Assembly (NCBI GenBank): GCA_050633205.1
Contig: JBOEGA010000026.1
Span: 1,412-65,411, forward strand
Length of the DNA stretch: 64,000 nucleotides
Origin: Methyloligellaceae bacterium
Lineage (GTDB): Bacteria; Pseudomonadota; Alphaproteobacteria; Rhizobiales; CBDHHC01
Direction: 5' to 3'
How positions within the stretch are numbered: position 1 is the first letter of the stretch; every line of letters begins with the position of its first letter. Both the position numbers and the translations under genes were made by a program. The notes beneath the pieces were generated by a model. It was not told the DNA's origin. It saw only the letters and a list, made by a program, of their open reading frames with translations, and ran no database searches. Positions 38,601-47,842 of the stretch are shown in pieces.

Positions 38601-38998
38601 ATCTGGAGTTTGATAAACTTAAAGAAAAGGGAATCGATGGGCTGGGGCTCAGTTTGAAAGATTCCGATAACTGGCAGCTTTCCATTAAACCAGGTATTGA
38701 GTTCGGCGGAGAGTTTGAGGTTAAAGAAGGTATTTCAATTCGTCCTCACCTGATGCTTGGTGCGATATTCTTTAACGATAGTTCGTGGAGTACACAAACT
38801 GCATTTGCAGGTTCTCCAGGGGATGTTTCAGCATTTAATATTGATGGTGAATTTGATGATGTGCTTGCTACAGTAGAGGCAGGTATTGATATGCGTTTTG
38901 AAAAAGAAGGCTTAAATCTCAAGCTTCAATATGGTGGTAAATTCTCAGATAATGTTGAAGAGCATTCTGGAACTGTAAGAATGTCTGTTGATTTCTAG
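29648..38998 (+). CDS. giant glycine-rich classical autotransporter (~3116 aa from Met-19; the ORF is open from 29594)
   Basis: The ATG at 29648 has AGAGG 6 nt upstream. The leader MFSRF...LFAIALTGAVAGQNVAVVKA looks like an extended signal peptide. The passenger has more than 30 repeats of G.V.VTN.G.I.T.G..sHGINA.S.GG.GG. The C-terminal ~300 aa has alternating beta-strand patterning and ends ...GTVRMSVDF, with the terminal aromatic typical of OM beta-barrels. Confidence 0.85.
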   Translation: MFSRFASCRPDVSFVRIVSSTSKKLIFRSCLFAIALTGAVAGQNVAVVKADGIDLSTKGADGKKGKKNFYFFWSTTTDGEKGKDGGKIDKTIKQDVTSSSSHGINAVSTGGKGGDSASSWGVFYSGTGNAGRGGNGGEIELNYDGTLSVSGDGNHGINAVSQGGNGGRGGKSEAAFASDSGSSGNGGQGGKVTVTNNGHISTTGNESYGINAVSRGGVGNGGGYAGSGFVSVGGRGGDGASGGDVTVTNNGVIETHGSGSHGINALSEGGNGGSGEGGLGVFIGGVGGSGGKSGDSGKVEVTNKGSITTRGNEAHGINAVNGSSQGGNSGWGGGLFFGATQNAGNGGSSGEIIITNGKDGEIRTHGNSSHGINAESYSGNGGRGGNVFGVLFGLGGAGGSGGGSSGTIDITNEGKIATSGDGSHGINAISHGGSGGDSGLGLSAFFGAALDAGSGSGSGNITITNSGEIHTSGSGSHGINAETSGGNGGHGQGSFGLIFALAGLGGDGALAGQIDITNNGLITTSGNNSHGINAISNGGNGGNSGWSGSLLIGAAQDAGGGAAGGKITIVNSKDGEIHTKGDGSHGINAESTGGHGGHAQGTIGVLFSLAGLGGNGDLGGQIDITNQGTITTSGDGSHGINAVSTGGYGGNSGWSGGLIAATQHAGNGGAGGLINITNTGMIQTTGEKSHGINAVVTGARGGNGGDVIGALIGVAGKGGRSEGAGDIVINNEGSIVTSGTGSHAINAVSAGGYGGTGGWAGWGMLAAVAGGGGDGGNGGKVTVNDKNTRTDRVFFTMGKEAHAVNAESKGETGGQGGLTVGFHLFAGGSGSGSGGNGGNGDTVDINFLNSRTTVLTAGENAHGLVAKSQGGSGGNGGMSVDVTGGMGVALGLSFANSGGDGGHGGDVSVRNRATIVTGYTEDGVTDGVVNNGKNAYGINAVSNGGDGGRGGDGYVFSFAIPYKGSPAGSAAIGLSGRGGNGGNSGSVYVQNSGKVITYGEGAHAINAVSQGGNGGNGGNIISGAGAFGTSHTAAVAFGKAGDGGAGGAGGIVDTSNYGSIYTKGDGAYGINAESTGGDGGNGGMAISAGIAYSLGSSVPGVNKSKSVAGSVAWSGNGGKGGNASSVTVSNAGKIITDGKSSYGINAVAKGGKGGDGNVAVSVSLAPDANISSAVEGKGGNGGTGDQVTVSNRGVIATFGDKSHGINAESVGGDGGVTDVTVAAGVSGGFSLNFDIPAYGGTGGNGSTVTVTNKGVIYTNGDNAYGINAASRGGNGGNGGTNAAANLSLGGDTGVNVVSGSFGGQGGAGGYVNGQNIGQILTEGEGSHGMYGTSAGGQGGLGGDVITVGALNKHGLNVSVGGAGGNGGGAGSVNLTNRDIIQTTGHNSIGMYGRSNGGNGNTGGMSIAVGVGQILPEKFGIKNSPAGAGLQGGKTNVVSRISNRLKNTPIQGAVSVGRKGGDGGNGENVTLKNKPGYKVRTCKFIFFCSEAVQDEEPEEVNGGNFFTRLVSNTKVTKLEATIYTAGNSSHGMKGESSGGDGGEGGKALAVAGEGYSKDRNAVDITDTTKVDRFKDPKSGNIAVSFAGDGGRGGNAGVIDLTNSGDIVTSGHGSSGMYFHGAGGHGGDGGNSGLGKKFWGDGLYGLNLNFDGESILDLGEDAELGFGGAYVYGTGQGSIGIAISKGGNGGHGGKGGQLIGLNEGNVWTNGVGSAGIKADASGGNGGDGGIANAGAIAFAAETTTSIAIAVGGDGGNGGKGGIINFTNTGNIITEGTSSAGIDAISAGGRGGDGGTARAFYLQRNKSKPKDTPGTGSSTSSTRPDSGSSLSDAMNSAGDAGGKPNKSLISAAWDHIRKNQKPSKGDDALANANNSEYGFEMTFGMGGSGGHGGDGGTVDITNQGQIYTEGAFSAGVNAASIGGDGGNGGDSARGIGILWALAEVESLSPHWATLTNPKIDIGGNGGNGGNGSTVTISNSGKIYTGGNYSSGIFAASRGGKGGKGGTGDSGYIGDLSIGGEGGQAGRAGEVKVTNKRENTRDDLPLIVTAGEMSNAITAISAGGRGGDGGDARFGGEWSVIQDMINKFRTNNAWKSKDDFKKALKSFRDKTFLPRMGLALAWNGRDGADGALVHIDSEGILSTAGELSHGILAMSNGGHGGAGGSTYSSNIGKLPRPGTGGSGGAGGMVDIIHNGDIYAIGNGSHGIVAQSTGGKRGENGQVEYAWLEMPWDLTPDANSDDIADWDNPGVEIGDIPIIPGLDIFKKAEDGNGGTISINGEGLIYVGNAGNTDASIGILAQSISGAEPLVKEVTVEINEEDPNGDGDTSDAVDLDGDGKTDGKVQVVNLVPTGERITSKPGSGKGGDIIIDRSGAIMSPYDNGIAVLLESAGQQGGGNIEFTFNKGSNEIKLSDADDAQDFNGYIIGGSGSDGAAILIRGGADNKITLGEGTTVYSGNYRTIISEDSYGDFSVIGNDTINNHGKVIGNVDLGRGNNTFNNKAGAEFVTYEHVRLGSPGNYLVNESGGLINPYGLGVGETKVDGGYVGEDGSKMRFDVHFGSTRTPYVSTGGTNTGHTSGSNPNYDSDHSGSQNPDADKFADMTAREIIEYYKNNKPSAGENVPDIANPDRPGQGFGSNEFDNDTNDTDDNETRANNPEGSDRMVFTGNVHLNGAIYIDLFNLSRGEETLVISEGDLTVGNDLKLEKLFSSAALSNMDYEVIKDADGKSRFIVKIETDIQRLAAKGNQSSLSVHLDEIVNESEDGAGDGLSNALASLVKVPEGQEHLIAASLDTVHSEAYLSQFTSALFSDLGFVDRMANCGTHGISSRIVNGNCIWGQATVRQFEQGSSLTSFGMEEDSHIFAGGYQRAISENVMLGVSLQYDQGTLKVEDRLTSKIKAGKIGGFGRYKEGPFEFTLGANYGYSWYDNSRRISLPTQILNDEGETEYGLGVLLAKGKSSIQSGGVQLQLAYKHETRKMYIKPFIDLRANYLEFDKLKEKGIDGLGLSLKDSDNWQLSIKPGIEFGGEFEVKEGISIRPHLMLGAIFFNDSSWSTQTAFAGSPGDVSAFNIDGEFDDVLATVEAGIDMRFEKEGLNLKLQYGGKFSDNVEEHSGTVRMSVDF
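29948..36290 (+). repeat. intragenic tandem repeat region of the autotransporter passenger (~55-aa unit with a ~110-aa super-repeat in part)
   Basis: I counted about 32 'HGINA-like ... GG.GG' cores by eye, from SSHGINAVSTGG (29948) to GSHGIVAQSTGG (~36250). Between ~30600 and ~31700, units alternate between a 'GGNSGW.G...AAQ.AG' type and a 'GGHG(Q/A)G..G(L/V)(I/L)F(A/S)LAGLGG' type. Some DNA stretches recur exactly, for example catggaattaatgctatcag at ~30917 and ~31236. Confidence 0.8.
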
Positions 38999-39005
38999 CA
39001 GAGCA

Positions 39006-39042
39006 GAGGTTGTCTTTGAGAATTTTGATCAAAGGCAACCTC
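39006..39042 (+). terminator. 14-bp hairpin downstream of the autotransporter stop
   Basis: The sequence is gaggttgtctttga-gaattttga-tcaaaggcaacctc, with one G-U pair. The T tract after it is weak. Confidence 0.45.
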
Positions 39043-39176
39043 GCCTTTAACTAAAGAACAGGTTTACTCATATATACCCCTTATACACAATATATTCTAA
39101 ATACAGAATTGCATTCGATATACTGAATTCGAAATATTGGTGGCATAAAAGGGAAGCTGGTTAGTACTTTTGCTGT

Positions 39177-40163
39177 TTATTCAAAGGGGTACTTCAAGTT
39201 AATTTTAGAGCGTATATTATCCATCAACTCCATATTCGCCTGTGTGTCGCTCCATGGATTTTCAGGGCTTTCCAGTAGACCATTGCGAAAACAATTCTGG
39301 GCCTCGAGAATTTCATACTCAAAGCCTGTGCTTATGAATGGCAGTTCCACTGTTTCTATAATATTGTCGCGTTTTAATGTTGCTTTTGTTGCGGCCCAGA
39401 AAGGAGAGGCAATGGAAATACTGCCTTCATCTCCATAGATTATAAATTCATTGGATGTGTCCATAAGCAAACTTACTGATAGTTGCGATATGGATTGGTC
39501 TGCATATTTCAAAGTGATTGAGTTCATAGCGTCGACACCTGTTGATGCCATTCGGGTATCAACGCTAAAGGTGACTGGATTGTTTCTCTTAACCCATTGA
39601 GAAACGGATATATTATAAATGCCGATGTCCAGCAGTGCACCACCTGCAAGGTCTGGATTGAACAGGCGGTCTTTCGGATTAAAGGGTGCCTTAAATCCGA
39701 AAGTCGATGTCATCAGTTTGATGTCGCCAATCAACTTTTTATCGAGCCAGTCTTTGACCTCTTTATATACAGGCAGGAAGCGTGTCCACAAGGCCTCCAT
39801 CAGAAAGAGGTTTTTACTACGAGCGAGTTCGAATAACTCGCGGCTTTGCCCGGCATTAACCGTCAATGGTTTTTCACAAAGGACTGCCTTTCCGGCCATT
39901 AGACAAAGCCTGATATGGTCATAGTGAGCGTTGTGAGGGCTGGCGATGTAGATGAGGTCAACAAGAGGGTCGTTGAGAAGATCATCGAAACTCTGACAGG
40001 GATTGCTGATATTGTATTTTTTTGCGAAAGACTGTGTTTTATCAAAGTTTCTTCCTGCTACGGCATGGATAACGCCATCATCGATGTGTTTTATTGCATC
40101 GGCAAATGAGTTTGCAATACGTCCGGGACCAAGGATTCCCCATTTAACAGTTTTTTTTAACAT
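39177..40163 (-). CDS. Gfo/Idh/MocA family NAD(P)-dependent oxidoreductase (possibly a dihydrodiol / D-xylose 1-dehydrogenase type)
   Basis: The N-terminal Rossmann motif is KWGILGPGRIANSFADAI, and the EKP motif is VLCEKPLT. The gene lies beside the xylose regulon. Confidence 0.75.
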   Translation of the reverse strand: MLKKTVKWGILGPGRIANSFADAIKHIDDGVIHAVAGRNFDKTQSFAKKYNISNPCQSFDDLLNDPLVDLIYIASPHNAHYDHIRLCLMAGKAVLCEKPLTVNAGQSRELFELARSKNLFLMEALWTRFLPVYKEVKDWLDKKLIGDIKLMTSTFGFKAPFNPKDRLFNPDLAGGALLDIGIYNISVSQWVKRNNPVTFSVDTRMASTGVDAMNSITLKYADQSISQLSVSLLMDTSNEFIIYGDEGSISIASPFWAATKATLKRDNIIETVELPFISTGFEYEILEAQNCFRNGLLESPENPWSDTQANMELMDNIRSKINLKYPFE

Positions 40164-40194
40164 TATTTTTTCTCATTTTTTATAGATTGAAAGA

Positions 40195-41394
40195 TCAGGA
40201 GTAGCCGGATTGCAACTCCATAATTCTTAGATCCAAATCAGAAAGGCACGACAGAATATTTCCTTCAAATACAAGTGATGTTTCGTCATCCCGAATGGTG
40301 ATTTCGGGCATTCCTCCAAATTTTACCTGAATATTTTGTGCGATATGCTTTTTAACAGAAGGAAGCATCAGGTCCAGGTAGCGGATGCCGGGGCCTGTGA
40401 TGGTTAGCGGCATTGTACCATGGAGGCTATAAAGGCGAGAGAGGCCGGTTCCCAGAACTTCTCCGGCCAGCCGGAAAGCGTATTCAGCCATATTGTCACC
40501 GTTTCGGGCCAGATCTGCGATTTTATCCATTTCCTTCAGAGGTATAAAATTTGCAGGAACTGTATCTTCGGGAGCTTCAAAGGCCTTTCGCAATATGCCA
40601 TAAAAGCCAGAGTAGGCCTCGATGCAACCTTTTAAACCGCAACGGCATGTGGGTCCATTTGCCTGATGAATCATATGACCAAATGCGGGTGATGTTGATG
40701 AAAGCTGTCCGGTTGGGGAGCGTGTGGCTATGCCAATACCTATACTGTGCCCCAGAGACAGGGTGCAGACCTGGGAAAGGGACTGGTTATTATTTGCTAT
40801 GGCCCTGGCAATGAAGCAGGTCTCGTTGGTTAGCGATATTACTGCATTCCAGTCAGCGCTTAGCAGTTGCTCAAAGTCAACCGGCTGTTTCCCGAATATT
40901 GCTGACCATAAAAGGACGGGCTTTTCTGAAGATATTACCCCCTTGCTGGTAATTGATATCATGAGAATCTTTTCTCCTGACAGTCCGTTTCTGGATACCA
41001 GTTTATCAAGAGTGGCTTTTATTTCTTTAATAAAAGCTGCAACTTTTGTCTTTTCAGATGTTCTGCTGACTTCTATGCGATCTCGGATAATTCCGGAAAA
41101 GTCCACAAGTGAATATTCCAAACTGTCGGAGGTAATTCTAACTGCAATAAGGTAGGCACATTCAGGGTTTTGTTTAAACAGAACTTTTGGTCGTCCCCGG
41201 CCGGGGCCAGCTTCCTGTGGCAGTCGTTCCAGAATGTTTTCACTTTCAAGCTGTGAAGTTATTCCGGATACTGTTGCAGAACTCAATCCGGAAATTTTTG
41301 AGATATCTGTATGAGCTGCAGGTCCCAATGAGCGCAGTGTTGAGAGTACAAGGGCGCAATTCTGACGGCGCAGGGATTCTGAATTTGCTATCAT
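40195..41394 (-). CDS. ROK-family transcriptional regulator (XylR-like)
   Basis: It has an N-terminal winged HTH (LRRQNCALVLSTLRSLGPAAHTDISKISGLSSATVSGITSQL). A ROK sugar-kinase-like domain follows with the Cys motif CRCGLKGCIEAY. The gene is divergent from xylF. Confidence 0.8.
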   Translation of the reverse strand: MIANSESLRRQNCALVLSTLRSLGPAAHTDISKISGLSSATVSGITSQLESENILERLPQEAGPGRGRPKVLFKQNPECAYLIAVRITSDSLEYSLVDFSGIIRDRIEVSRTSEKTKVAAFIKEIKATLDKLVSRNGLSGEKILMISITSKGVISSEKPVLLWSAIFGKQPVDFEQLLSADWNAVISLTNETCFIARAIANNNQSLSQVCTLSLGHSIGIGIATRSPTGQLSSTSPAFGHMIHQANGPTCRCGLKGCIEAYSGFYGILRKAFEAPEDTVPANFIPLKEMDKIADLARNGDNMAEYAFRLAGEVLGTGLSRLYSLHGTMPLTITGPGIRYLDLMLPSVKKHIAQNIQVKFGGMPEITIRDDETSLVFEGNILSCLSDLDLRIMELQSGYS

Positions 41395-41662
41395 ACTTTT
41401 AGACCTGTATCCTGTGTAAATGCCTGACTAATTGCAGTTACATCAGTTAGTTAAAGTCATTGTCTATCTTATATAAAAAATGAATACAACGGTATATTCC
41501 GAAGATTGGCATTATTTTTCTTTCCTGTCGAGAAAAATAGTGTAGTATATTTTCTCAGGTGTTGAGAAAAATAATAATATCAATGCTGAAATCCTATCTA
41601 ACGTAACTACCTATCTGGAAGAAATCGGACAAACAAAAAACTGATTTAGCAAGGGAGGATGA

Positions 41663-42706
41663 ATGATGAAAGTAACTAGTCGACTACTCGCAGGTCTTCT
41701 GGCCTTCATTATCATGAATGCTACGGCATTCGCAAAAGATCTGGTCGTTGGAGTATCATGGTCAAATTTTCAGGAAGAGAGATGGAAAACCGATGAGGCT
41801 GCTATCAAGTCAGCATTGGCTAAAGCAGGGGCTAAGTATATTTCTGCAGACGCTCAATCGTCGGCTGCAAAACAGTTATCTGATGTTGAGAGCCTGATTG
41901 CACGAGGCGCTAATGCGCTTATTATTCTGGCTCAGGATGCAGATGCCATTGGTCCTGCTATACAAAAAGCTGTTGCAGAGGGAATTCCTGTTGTTGGTTA
42001 CGACCGGCTCATTGAGAATCCTAAAGTATTCTATATTACTTTTGATAACAAAGAGGTAGGGCGCATTCAGGCGCGTGAGGTGCAAAAGGTAGCAGAAAAG
42101 GGGAATTACGTCTTTATCAAGGGTTCCTCAGCAGATCCAAATGCAGACTTTTTATTTGCAGGCCAGGTTGAGGTCCTCAAAAAGGCTATGGAAGAAGGTA
42201 AAATCAAGAATGTTGGTGAAGCCTACACCGATGGATGGAAGCCTGAAAATGCTCAACGTAATATGGAGCAGATACTTACCAAAAACGATAACAAGGTTGA
42301 TGCGGTTGTTGCGTCCAATGACGGTACTGCAGGTGGAGTTATTGCAGCTCTGAGTGCTCAGGGGCTAGCTGGTACAGTTCCGGTTTCAGGGCAGGATGGC
42401 GATCATGCAGCACTGAACAGGGTCGCTCTTGGCACGCAGACTGTGTCTGTGTGGAAAGATGCCCGCGCTTTGGGAGCCAAGGCAGCAGAAATTGCAGTGT
42501 TGCTTGCAAATGGGAAAGCCATGAAAGATGTTCCCGGGCTGGTTAAATTTTCAGGAGGTCCCAAAGGTGTCACGATGAACTCATTGTTTCTCGCACCTGT
42601 GGCAATTACAAAAGATAACCTCAATGTTGTTATAGAAGCTGGCTGGATCACCAAAGATAAGGTCTGTCAAGGTGTGAAAAGCGGAGCTCCTGCTGTTTGC
42701 AAGTAG
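41663..42706 (+). CDS. xylF: D-xylose ABC transporter substrate-binding protein
   Basis: It has a signal peptide, then [28 protein letters not shown]...[14 protein letters not shown], typical of XylF. xylHG, xylB and xylA follow. Confidence 0.85.
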   Translation: MMKVTSRLLAGLLAFIIMNATAFAKDLVVGVSWSNFQEERWKTDEAAIKSALAKAGAKYISADAQSSAAKQLSDVESLIARGANALIILAQDADAIGPAIQKAVAEGIPVVGYDRLIENPKVFYITFDNKEVGRIQAREVQKVAEKGNYVFIKGSSADPNADFLFAGQVEVLKKAMEEGKIKNVGEAYTDGWKPENAQRNMEQILTKNDNKVDAVVASNDGTAGGVIAALSAQGLAGTVPVSGQDGDHAALNRVALGTQTVSVWKDARALGAKAAEIAVLLANGKAMKDVPGLVKFSGGPKGVTMNSLFLAPVAITKDNLNVVIEAGWITKDKVCQGVKSGAPAVCK

Positions 42707-42749
42707 GTGTAATGTTTTCTGATAATAATATCAAAAAATAGAAATACAG

Positions 42750-42782
42750 TCCCATACCGTGAAAATTGTGATCGGTATGGGA
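42750..42782 (+). promoter_or_regulatory. intercistronic 10-bp hairpin after xylF
   Basis: The sequence is tcccataccg-tgaaaattgtgat-cggtatggga. It has the same architecture as the hairpin after the Dpp-type SBP gene. Confidence 0.45.
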
Positions 42783-42809
42783 TATCAGAAACCTTAAAGT
42801 AATAATACA

Positions 42810-44129
42810 ATGACTGATGAAACGATGAGTTCTACTGGCAAGAATGTTCGGGTGACCGAGAGTTTTTCCGAATTCGTGGCACGATTTTTTCGAGCAACGG
42901 AAATTGATACGCGAATGCTTGGTATGATTGGCGCCTTACTGCTGATCTGGGTCGGGTTTGACATATTTTCAGGTGGATTATTTCTGACCCCCCGTAATCT
43001 ATGGAATCTTTCTGTACAGACAGCGTCCATTGGTGTGATGGCTACCGGAATGGTATTGATCATCATTACGAGAAATATTGATTTGTCAGTAGGGTCAATT
43101 CTTGGTTTTACCGGTATGATCATGGCGACCATGCAGGCAGAATGGCTTCCCACATTACTCGGCTTTGATAATCCGTTTACCTGGATTATAGCGCTTTTAG
43201 GGGGAATGGCAGTCGGAGCCATGATTGGTGGAGTTCAGGGGGCCATTATTGCCCATATGGGAGTTCCATCATTTATTGTGACGCTGGGAGGCTTACTGAT
43301 CTGGCGTGGTTGCGCGTGGTGGGTCACCAGTGGCAGGACTGTCGCTCCGATGGATTCAACCTTTAAACTGATGGGCGGGGGCGTTGAAGGTTCAATAGGT
43401 GCTGTTGCTAGCTGGGGTGTTGCAGTTGTGGCCTGTATTGGAATTCTGTTTGTAGTCATTAATGGCCGCAATCAGAGAAAGCGTTTTCAATTTCCTCTGC
43501 GTCCTCTATGGGCAGAGTCTTCTATTGTACTGGCAAGCTGTTCACTCGTCGTTGGTGCAGTCTGGGTGTTTAACAGTTATCCGTGGCCCAGAGCAATTGC
43601 ACAACGTTATGCCGCAGAAAACAATATTCCAATTCCTGCGGAGGGATTATTTATCTCGCATGGAATAGCCATTCCTGTACTGATCGCAGTTGTTACAGGT
43701 GTTGTTATGACATTTATCGCTACGCGAACACGTTTTGGCCGGTATGTTTTCGCAATTGGTGGCAATCCGGAAGCCGCGGAGCTGGCGGGGATAAAAACCA
43801 GAAGTCTGAAGATCAAGGTCTTTGCTCTGATGGGTATGCTGTGTGCTGTATCTGCTGCAATTTCGTCAGCCAGGCTTAATGCCGCAACAAATGCTTTAGG
43901 AACTCTGGATGAGCTTTATGTTATTGCAGCTGCAGTTATAGGCGGAGCTTCCCTGGCGGGAGGGGCTGGAACGATAGTTGGTGCCATGATTGGTGCTGTT
44001 GTTATGCAGTCACTGCAGTCAGGTATGGTACTGCTGGGGATAGATACACCTTTTCAGAATATCGTGGTTGGTCTGGTTCTGGTCATCGCTGTATGGCTTG
44101 ATACGGTTTATAAAGACAGAGCGAAGTAA
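42810..44129 (+). CDS. xylH: xylose/sugar ABC transporter permease
   Basis: It is a 439-aa polytopic membrane protein of the branched sugar-permease type ([15 protein letters not shown]..., [15 protein letters not shown]). It lies between xylF and the ATPase gene. Confidence 0.8.
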   Translation: MTDETMSSTGKNVRVTESFSEFVARFFRATEIDTRMLGMIGALLLIWVGFDIFSGGLFLTPRNLWNLSVQTASIGVMATGMVLIIITRNIDLSVGSILGFTGMIMATMQAEWLPTLLGFDNPFTWIIALLGGMAVGAMIGGVQGAIIAHMGVPSFIVTLGGLLIWRGCAWWVTSGRTVAPMDSTFKLMGGGVEGSIGAVASWGVAVVACIGILFVVINGRNQRKRFQFPLRPLWAESSIVLASCSLVVGAVWVFNSYPWPRAIAQRYAAENNIPIPAEGLFISHGIAIPVLIAVVTGVVMTFIATRTRFGRYVFAIGGNPEAAELAGIKTRSLKIKVFALMGMLCAVSAAISSARLNAATNALGTLDELYVIAAAVIGGASLAGGAGTIVGAMIGAVVMQSLQSGMVLLGIDTPFQNIVVGLVLVIAVWLDTVYKDRAK

Positions 44130-44140
44130 GGAAAAATAAA

Positions 44141-44935
44141 ATGAATGAAAATACTCCGCTCGTAGAGTTGAAAAATATATCGATTTCATTTGGTGGTATT
44201 CATGCTGTTGATGATGCATCTCTGTGCCTGTATCCAGGAGAAGTTGTCGGTATTCTGGGACATAATGGGGCCGGTAAATCAACTCTGATTAAAATACTTT
44301 CAGGTGCATATAAAAAGGACTCCGGTGATATATATATTAATGGACAAAAAGCTGATATCACCAACCCCAGAAAAGCTAAAGAGTATGGCATAGAGACGAT
44401 ATATCAAACACTTGCCGTGGCTGATAATGTCGGTACGGCTGCAAATCTTTATCTCGGCAGAGAGCTGCAGACACCATGGGGAACTCTTGACGAGTTTGCG
44501 ATGGAAGCTAAAGCCAGGGAAGTCATACAACGTCTTAATCCCAACTTTCAGAGATTTAAAGAACCGGTCAAATCATTATCTGGTGGTCAACGGCAATCTG
44601 TTGCTATTGCAAGAGCTATATTATTCAATGCGAGAATATTGATTATGGACGAGCCAACAGCAGCACTGGGACCCCAGGAAACGGCGCAGGTTGGGGACCT
44701 GATAAAGCAGCTTAAGAAAGATGGCATTGGTATTTTTCTGATCAGCCATGACATTCATGATGTCTTTGACCTTTCAGACCGGATAACTGTTATGAAAAAT
44801 GGCAAGATTGTTGGTCATGCAAGAACATCTGATGTCACAAAAGATGAAGTTCTTGGAATGATAATAATGGGAAAATGTCCGCCAAATGCAATTCCAGGTC
44901 TTGCCGGTATGGAATTGTCAAAAATTAACAGTTAG
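44141..44935 (+). CDS. xylG: sugar ABC transporter ATP-binding protein (single-domain XylG-like)
   Basis: It has Walker [10 protein letters not shown], signature LSGGQRQSV and Walker [11 protein letters not shown]. At 264 aa it has a single ABC domain. Confidence 0.8.
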   Translation: MNENTPLVELKNISISFGGIHAVDDASLCLYPGEVVGILGHNGAGKSTLIKILSGAYKKDSGDIYINGQKADITNPRKAKEYGIETIYQTLAVADNVGTAANLYLGRELQTPWGTLDEFAMEAKAREVIQRLNPNFQRFKEPVKSLSGGQRQSVAIARAILFNARILIMDEPTAALGPQETAQVGDLIKQLKKDGIGIFLISHDIHDVFDLSDRITVMKNGKIVGHARTSDVTKDEVLGMIIMGKCPPNAIPGLAGMELSKINS

Positions 44936-44997
44936 TTGAGACGAGGCGGTTTGGCGGAACCCTGTCGCCGGGTTCCCTCTGTGCATAGAGGTTACGT

Positions 44998-46455
44998 ATG
45001 TTTTTAGGCATTGATATCGGTACATCAGCAGTCAAAATTGTTGTCGTTGACGATAAGGGGGGTGTTGTTGAAAAATCTTCTGCGCCATTGAATATACAAA
45101 GACCTGGCGATCTTATGTCGGAGCAAATTCCGGAAGACTGGTGGAGTGCTGTTAATCAGGCAGTGAGGGATATTTCTTCTGAAAGCAGAAAAGCAATTCT
45201 GGCAATTGGTTTGTCAGGGCAGATGCACGGAGCGGTGCTGCTTGATAGCAGTGGTATGGTAATTCGCCCTGCGGTATTGTGGAATGATGGCAGAAGTATT
45301 GCTGAATGTGAAGAGTTACAGAAGAGCCTTCCTGAGCTTGGGGAGATTACGGGTAATCTTGCGATGCCCGGATTTACAGCTCCAAAGTTATTATGGTTGA
45401 AAAGGCATGAACCTCAAAGTTATGCCCGTATAGCAAAAGTGGTTTTGCCCAAGGATTATATTCGATATCGTATGACGGGAGAGCTGGCAACAGATATGTC
45501 TGACGCTGCCGGAACTTTATGGCTTGATACAAAAAACAGGTGCTGGTCATCGAAAGTTCTAGATGTCTGCGGACTTACTGAAGGTCATATGCCCTTACTC
45601 TATGAGGGCAACCAGGTAAGCGGAATGCTGCATGCAGATATTGCAAAGTCCTGGGAAATGGGTGTTATTCCGGTCGCTGCCGGTGCAGGGGACAATGCCG
45701 CCGGTGCTGTTGGATCAGGTATAGTTGCAAAGGGGGACGCATTCCTGTCACTTGGCACATCCGGGGTTATATTTCTTGCTGATGACAGTTACCGTTCTAA
45801 TCCTTCAGAAGGTGTTCATACCTTTTGTCATGCGCTGCCTGGCAGGTGGCATCAGATGTCAGTTATGCTAAGTGCTGCCAGCGCGGTGGATCAGGTTGCC
45901 AGTATACTTGGATATGACAGGCCATCCAAATTATATGAGGTCGCTGCTCATTACGGTACTCCCTGTCAGAAAGAGATTTTTCTTCCTTATATGACCGGGG
46001 AAAGAACTCCTCATAATAATACAAAAGCCAGTGGAGTTTTCTTTGGTTTATCTCCTTTAACCGAGCCAGAGGCTCTTGCCCAGGCTGCTCTGGAAGGTGT
46101 TGCGTTTGGATTGGCAGATGGCCTGGAGGCATTAAAGTCTGCAGGCAATAGTCCTGAGAGCCTTTCGGTTATTGGGGGAGGAGCTCAATCCGAATATTGG
46201 GGGGTAATTATTAGTTCAATACTGAACCACCCACTGGTTTATCGAGATGGGGGGGAAGTTGGTCCTGCGTTTGGTGCTGCCAGACTTGCGAGGCTGGCAA
46301 TTGGTGATGAAGCCATTGAGGACGTTTGTGTGGCTCCCCCGATATTAAAAGTTATCGAGCCCGACGAAAAGCTCTGCAGCCATTATACGAAAAGGCAATT
46401 CCTTTTTAGAAAGCTATATACATCACTTGTACCCTGTTTTGAGGAGTTAAACTGA
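44998..46455 (+). CDS. xylB: xylulokinase
   Basis: [13 protein letters not shown]..., [13 protein letters not shown] and [14 protein letters not shown] are FGGY-kinase motifs typical of XylB. The stop overlaps the xylA start (TGATG). Confidence 0.9.
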   Translation: MFLGIDIGTSAVKIVVVDDKGGVVEKSSAPLNIQRPGDLMSEQIPEDWWSAVNQAVRDISSESRKAILAIGLSGQMHGAVLLDSSGMVIRPAVLWNDGRSIAECEELQKSLPELGEITGNLAMPGFTAPKLLWLKRHEPQSYARIAKVVLPKDYIRYRMTGELATDMSDAAGTLWLDTKNRCWSSKVLDVCGLTEGHMPLLYEGNQVSGMLHADIAKSWEMGVIPVAAGAGDNAAGAVGSGIVAKGDAFLSLGTSGVIFLADDSYRSNPSEGVHTFCHALPGRWHQMSVMLSAASAVDQVASILGYDRPSKLYEVAAHYGTPCQKEIFLPYMTGERTPHNNTKASGVFFGLSPLTEPEALAQAALEGVAFGLADGLEALKSAGNSPESLSVIGGGAQSEYWGVIISSILNHPLVYRDGGEVGPAFGAARLARLAIGDEAIEDVCVAPPILKVIEPDEKLCSHYTKRQFLFRKLYTSLVPCFEELN

Positions 46456-47774
46456 TGCCTGAAACCTACTTTGAAGATATACCGGTTATTGAATACAAGG
46501 GGCCGAACAGTACCGACCCTTTCACTTATAAATATTATGACAGGTTCAAAACTGTGCTGGGTAAATCCATGGAGGATCATCTTCGGGTTGCGGTGTGTTA
46601 CTGGCATAGTTTCTGCTGGGATGGTTCTGATGTTTTTGGTGGCAGTACTTTTAAACGACCATGGTTTGAGAAAGCTTCGGAGCAGGAAAATGCTGACAGC
46701 AAGCTGGATGCAGCATTTGAATTTTTTCAAAAGCTGGGTGTCCCCTATTTTTGTTTTCATGACGTAGATATTATGCCCCCTGCTCAAACAGCAAGGGAGC
46801 ATGCTGATAATTTTGCAGCAATGATTGATAAGGTCGAAGGCAAAATGAGCGAAACCGGTATCCGGCTTCTATGGGGGACAGCTAACGTGTTCGGGCATCC
46901 TCGCTATCTTGCCGGTGCTGCTACTAATCCTGATCCTGATGTATTTTCATATGCAGCGATGCAGGTCAGGGATGCACTGGGAGCAACGCATCGTTTAAAT
47001 GGTGAAAACTATGTATTATGGGGTGGCCGGGAAGGTTATGAAACACTCTTAAATACCAGGCAGGGGCAAGAACTGGATCAGCTTGGCCGTTTTCTGAATA
47101 TGGTGGTGGAGCATAAATATAAAATCGGTTATGAAGGAACAATCCTGATCGAGCCAAAACCTCATGAACCTACAAAACATCAGTATGACAGAGATGTTGC
47201 AACTGTATTTGGTTTTTTAAAGCGCTATGGACTTGAAAGTGAGGTATGCGTTAATATTGAAGCAAATCATGCTACGCTTGCAGGGCACTCATTTGAGCAT
47301 GAAATTTCTTTGGCTGGAGAGCTTGGAATATTTGGCTCCATTGATATAAACCGTGGAGACCCTCAGAACGGCTGGGATACGGACCAGTTCTCCAATGACA
47401 CCAGAGAAGTGACACTTGCGATATACTACATTCTGAAAAACGGCGGTTTTTCAACCGGTGGCTTTAATATTGATGCAAAAGTGCGCCGTCAAAGCATGAA
47501 TGCTGAAGATCTTTTTTATGGTCATATTGGTACTATTGACGTTATGGCACGGTCCCTACTTAATGCAGTTGCGCTTATTGAAGAGGGAACTCTGTCGCAA
47601 TTCACAGAGGACAGGTATAAGGGTTGGAAAGATGGAACAGGTGCAAAGATCATGAATAATGATCTCTCTCTAGATGAGCTGGCAGATCATGTTATCACGA
47701 ATGATATTAATCCGGAGCCTGTATCGGGGCGTCAGGAATTTCTTGAAAATCATGTAAGCAATTTTATCAGATAA
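46455..47774 (+). CDS. xylA: xylose isomerase
   Basis: The product has [50 protein letters not shown] and [13 protein letters not shown]. These are hallmark class-II XylA motifs. Confidence 0.95.
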   Translation: MPETYFEDIPVIEYKGPNSTDPFTYKYYDRFKTVLGKSMEDHLRVAVCYWHSFCWDGSDVFGGSTFKRPWFEKASEQENADSKLDAAFEFFQKLGVPYFCFHDVDIMPPAQTAREHADNFAAMIDKVEGKMSETGIRLLWGTANVFGHPRYLAGAATNPDPDVFSYAAMQVRDALGATHRLNGENYVLWGGREGYETLLNTRQGQELDQLGRFLNMVVEHKYKIGYEGTILIEPKPHEPTKHQYDRDVATVFGFLKRYGLESEVCVNIEANHATLAGHSFEHEISLAGELGIFGSIDINRGDPQNGWDTDQFSNDTREVTLAIYYILKNGGFSTGGFNIDAKVRRQSMNAEDLFYGHIGTIDVMARSLLNAVALIEEGTLSQFTEDRYKGWKDGTGAKIMNNDLSLDELADHVITNDINPEPVSGRQEFLENHVSNFIR

Positions 47775-47842
47775 AGCTTATGTATGAGACTTTATTGAGC
47801 CTTAACGGAGCTTGTTTGCTGTATTTATCTCAGGAGTGACAA

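Noticed and set aside
42794-43879. ORFs antisense to or out of frame with xylH (42794-43222, 43235-43471, 43583-43879, 43607-43816). Similar ones overlap xylB/xylA (46383-46802) and the AKR gene (47830-48156).
   Set aside because: Each overlaps a strongly supported gene on the other strand or in another frame, and each has low-complexity composition. These are shadow ORFs.
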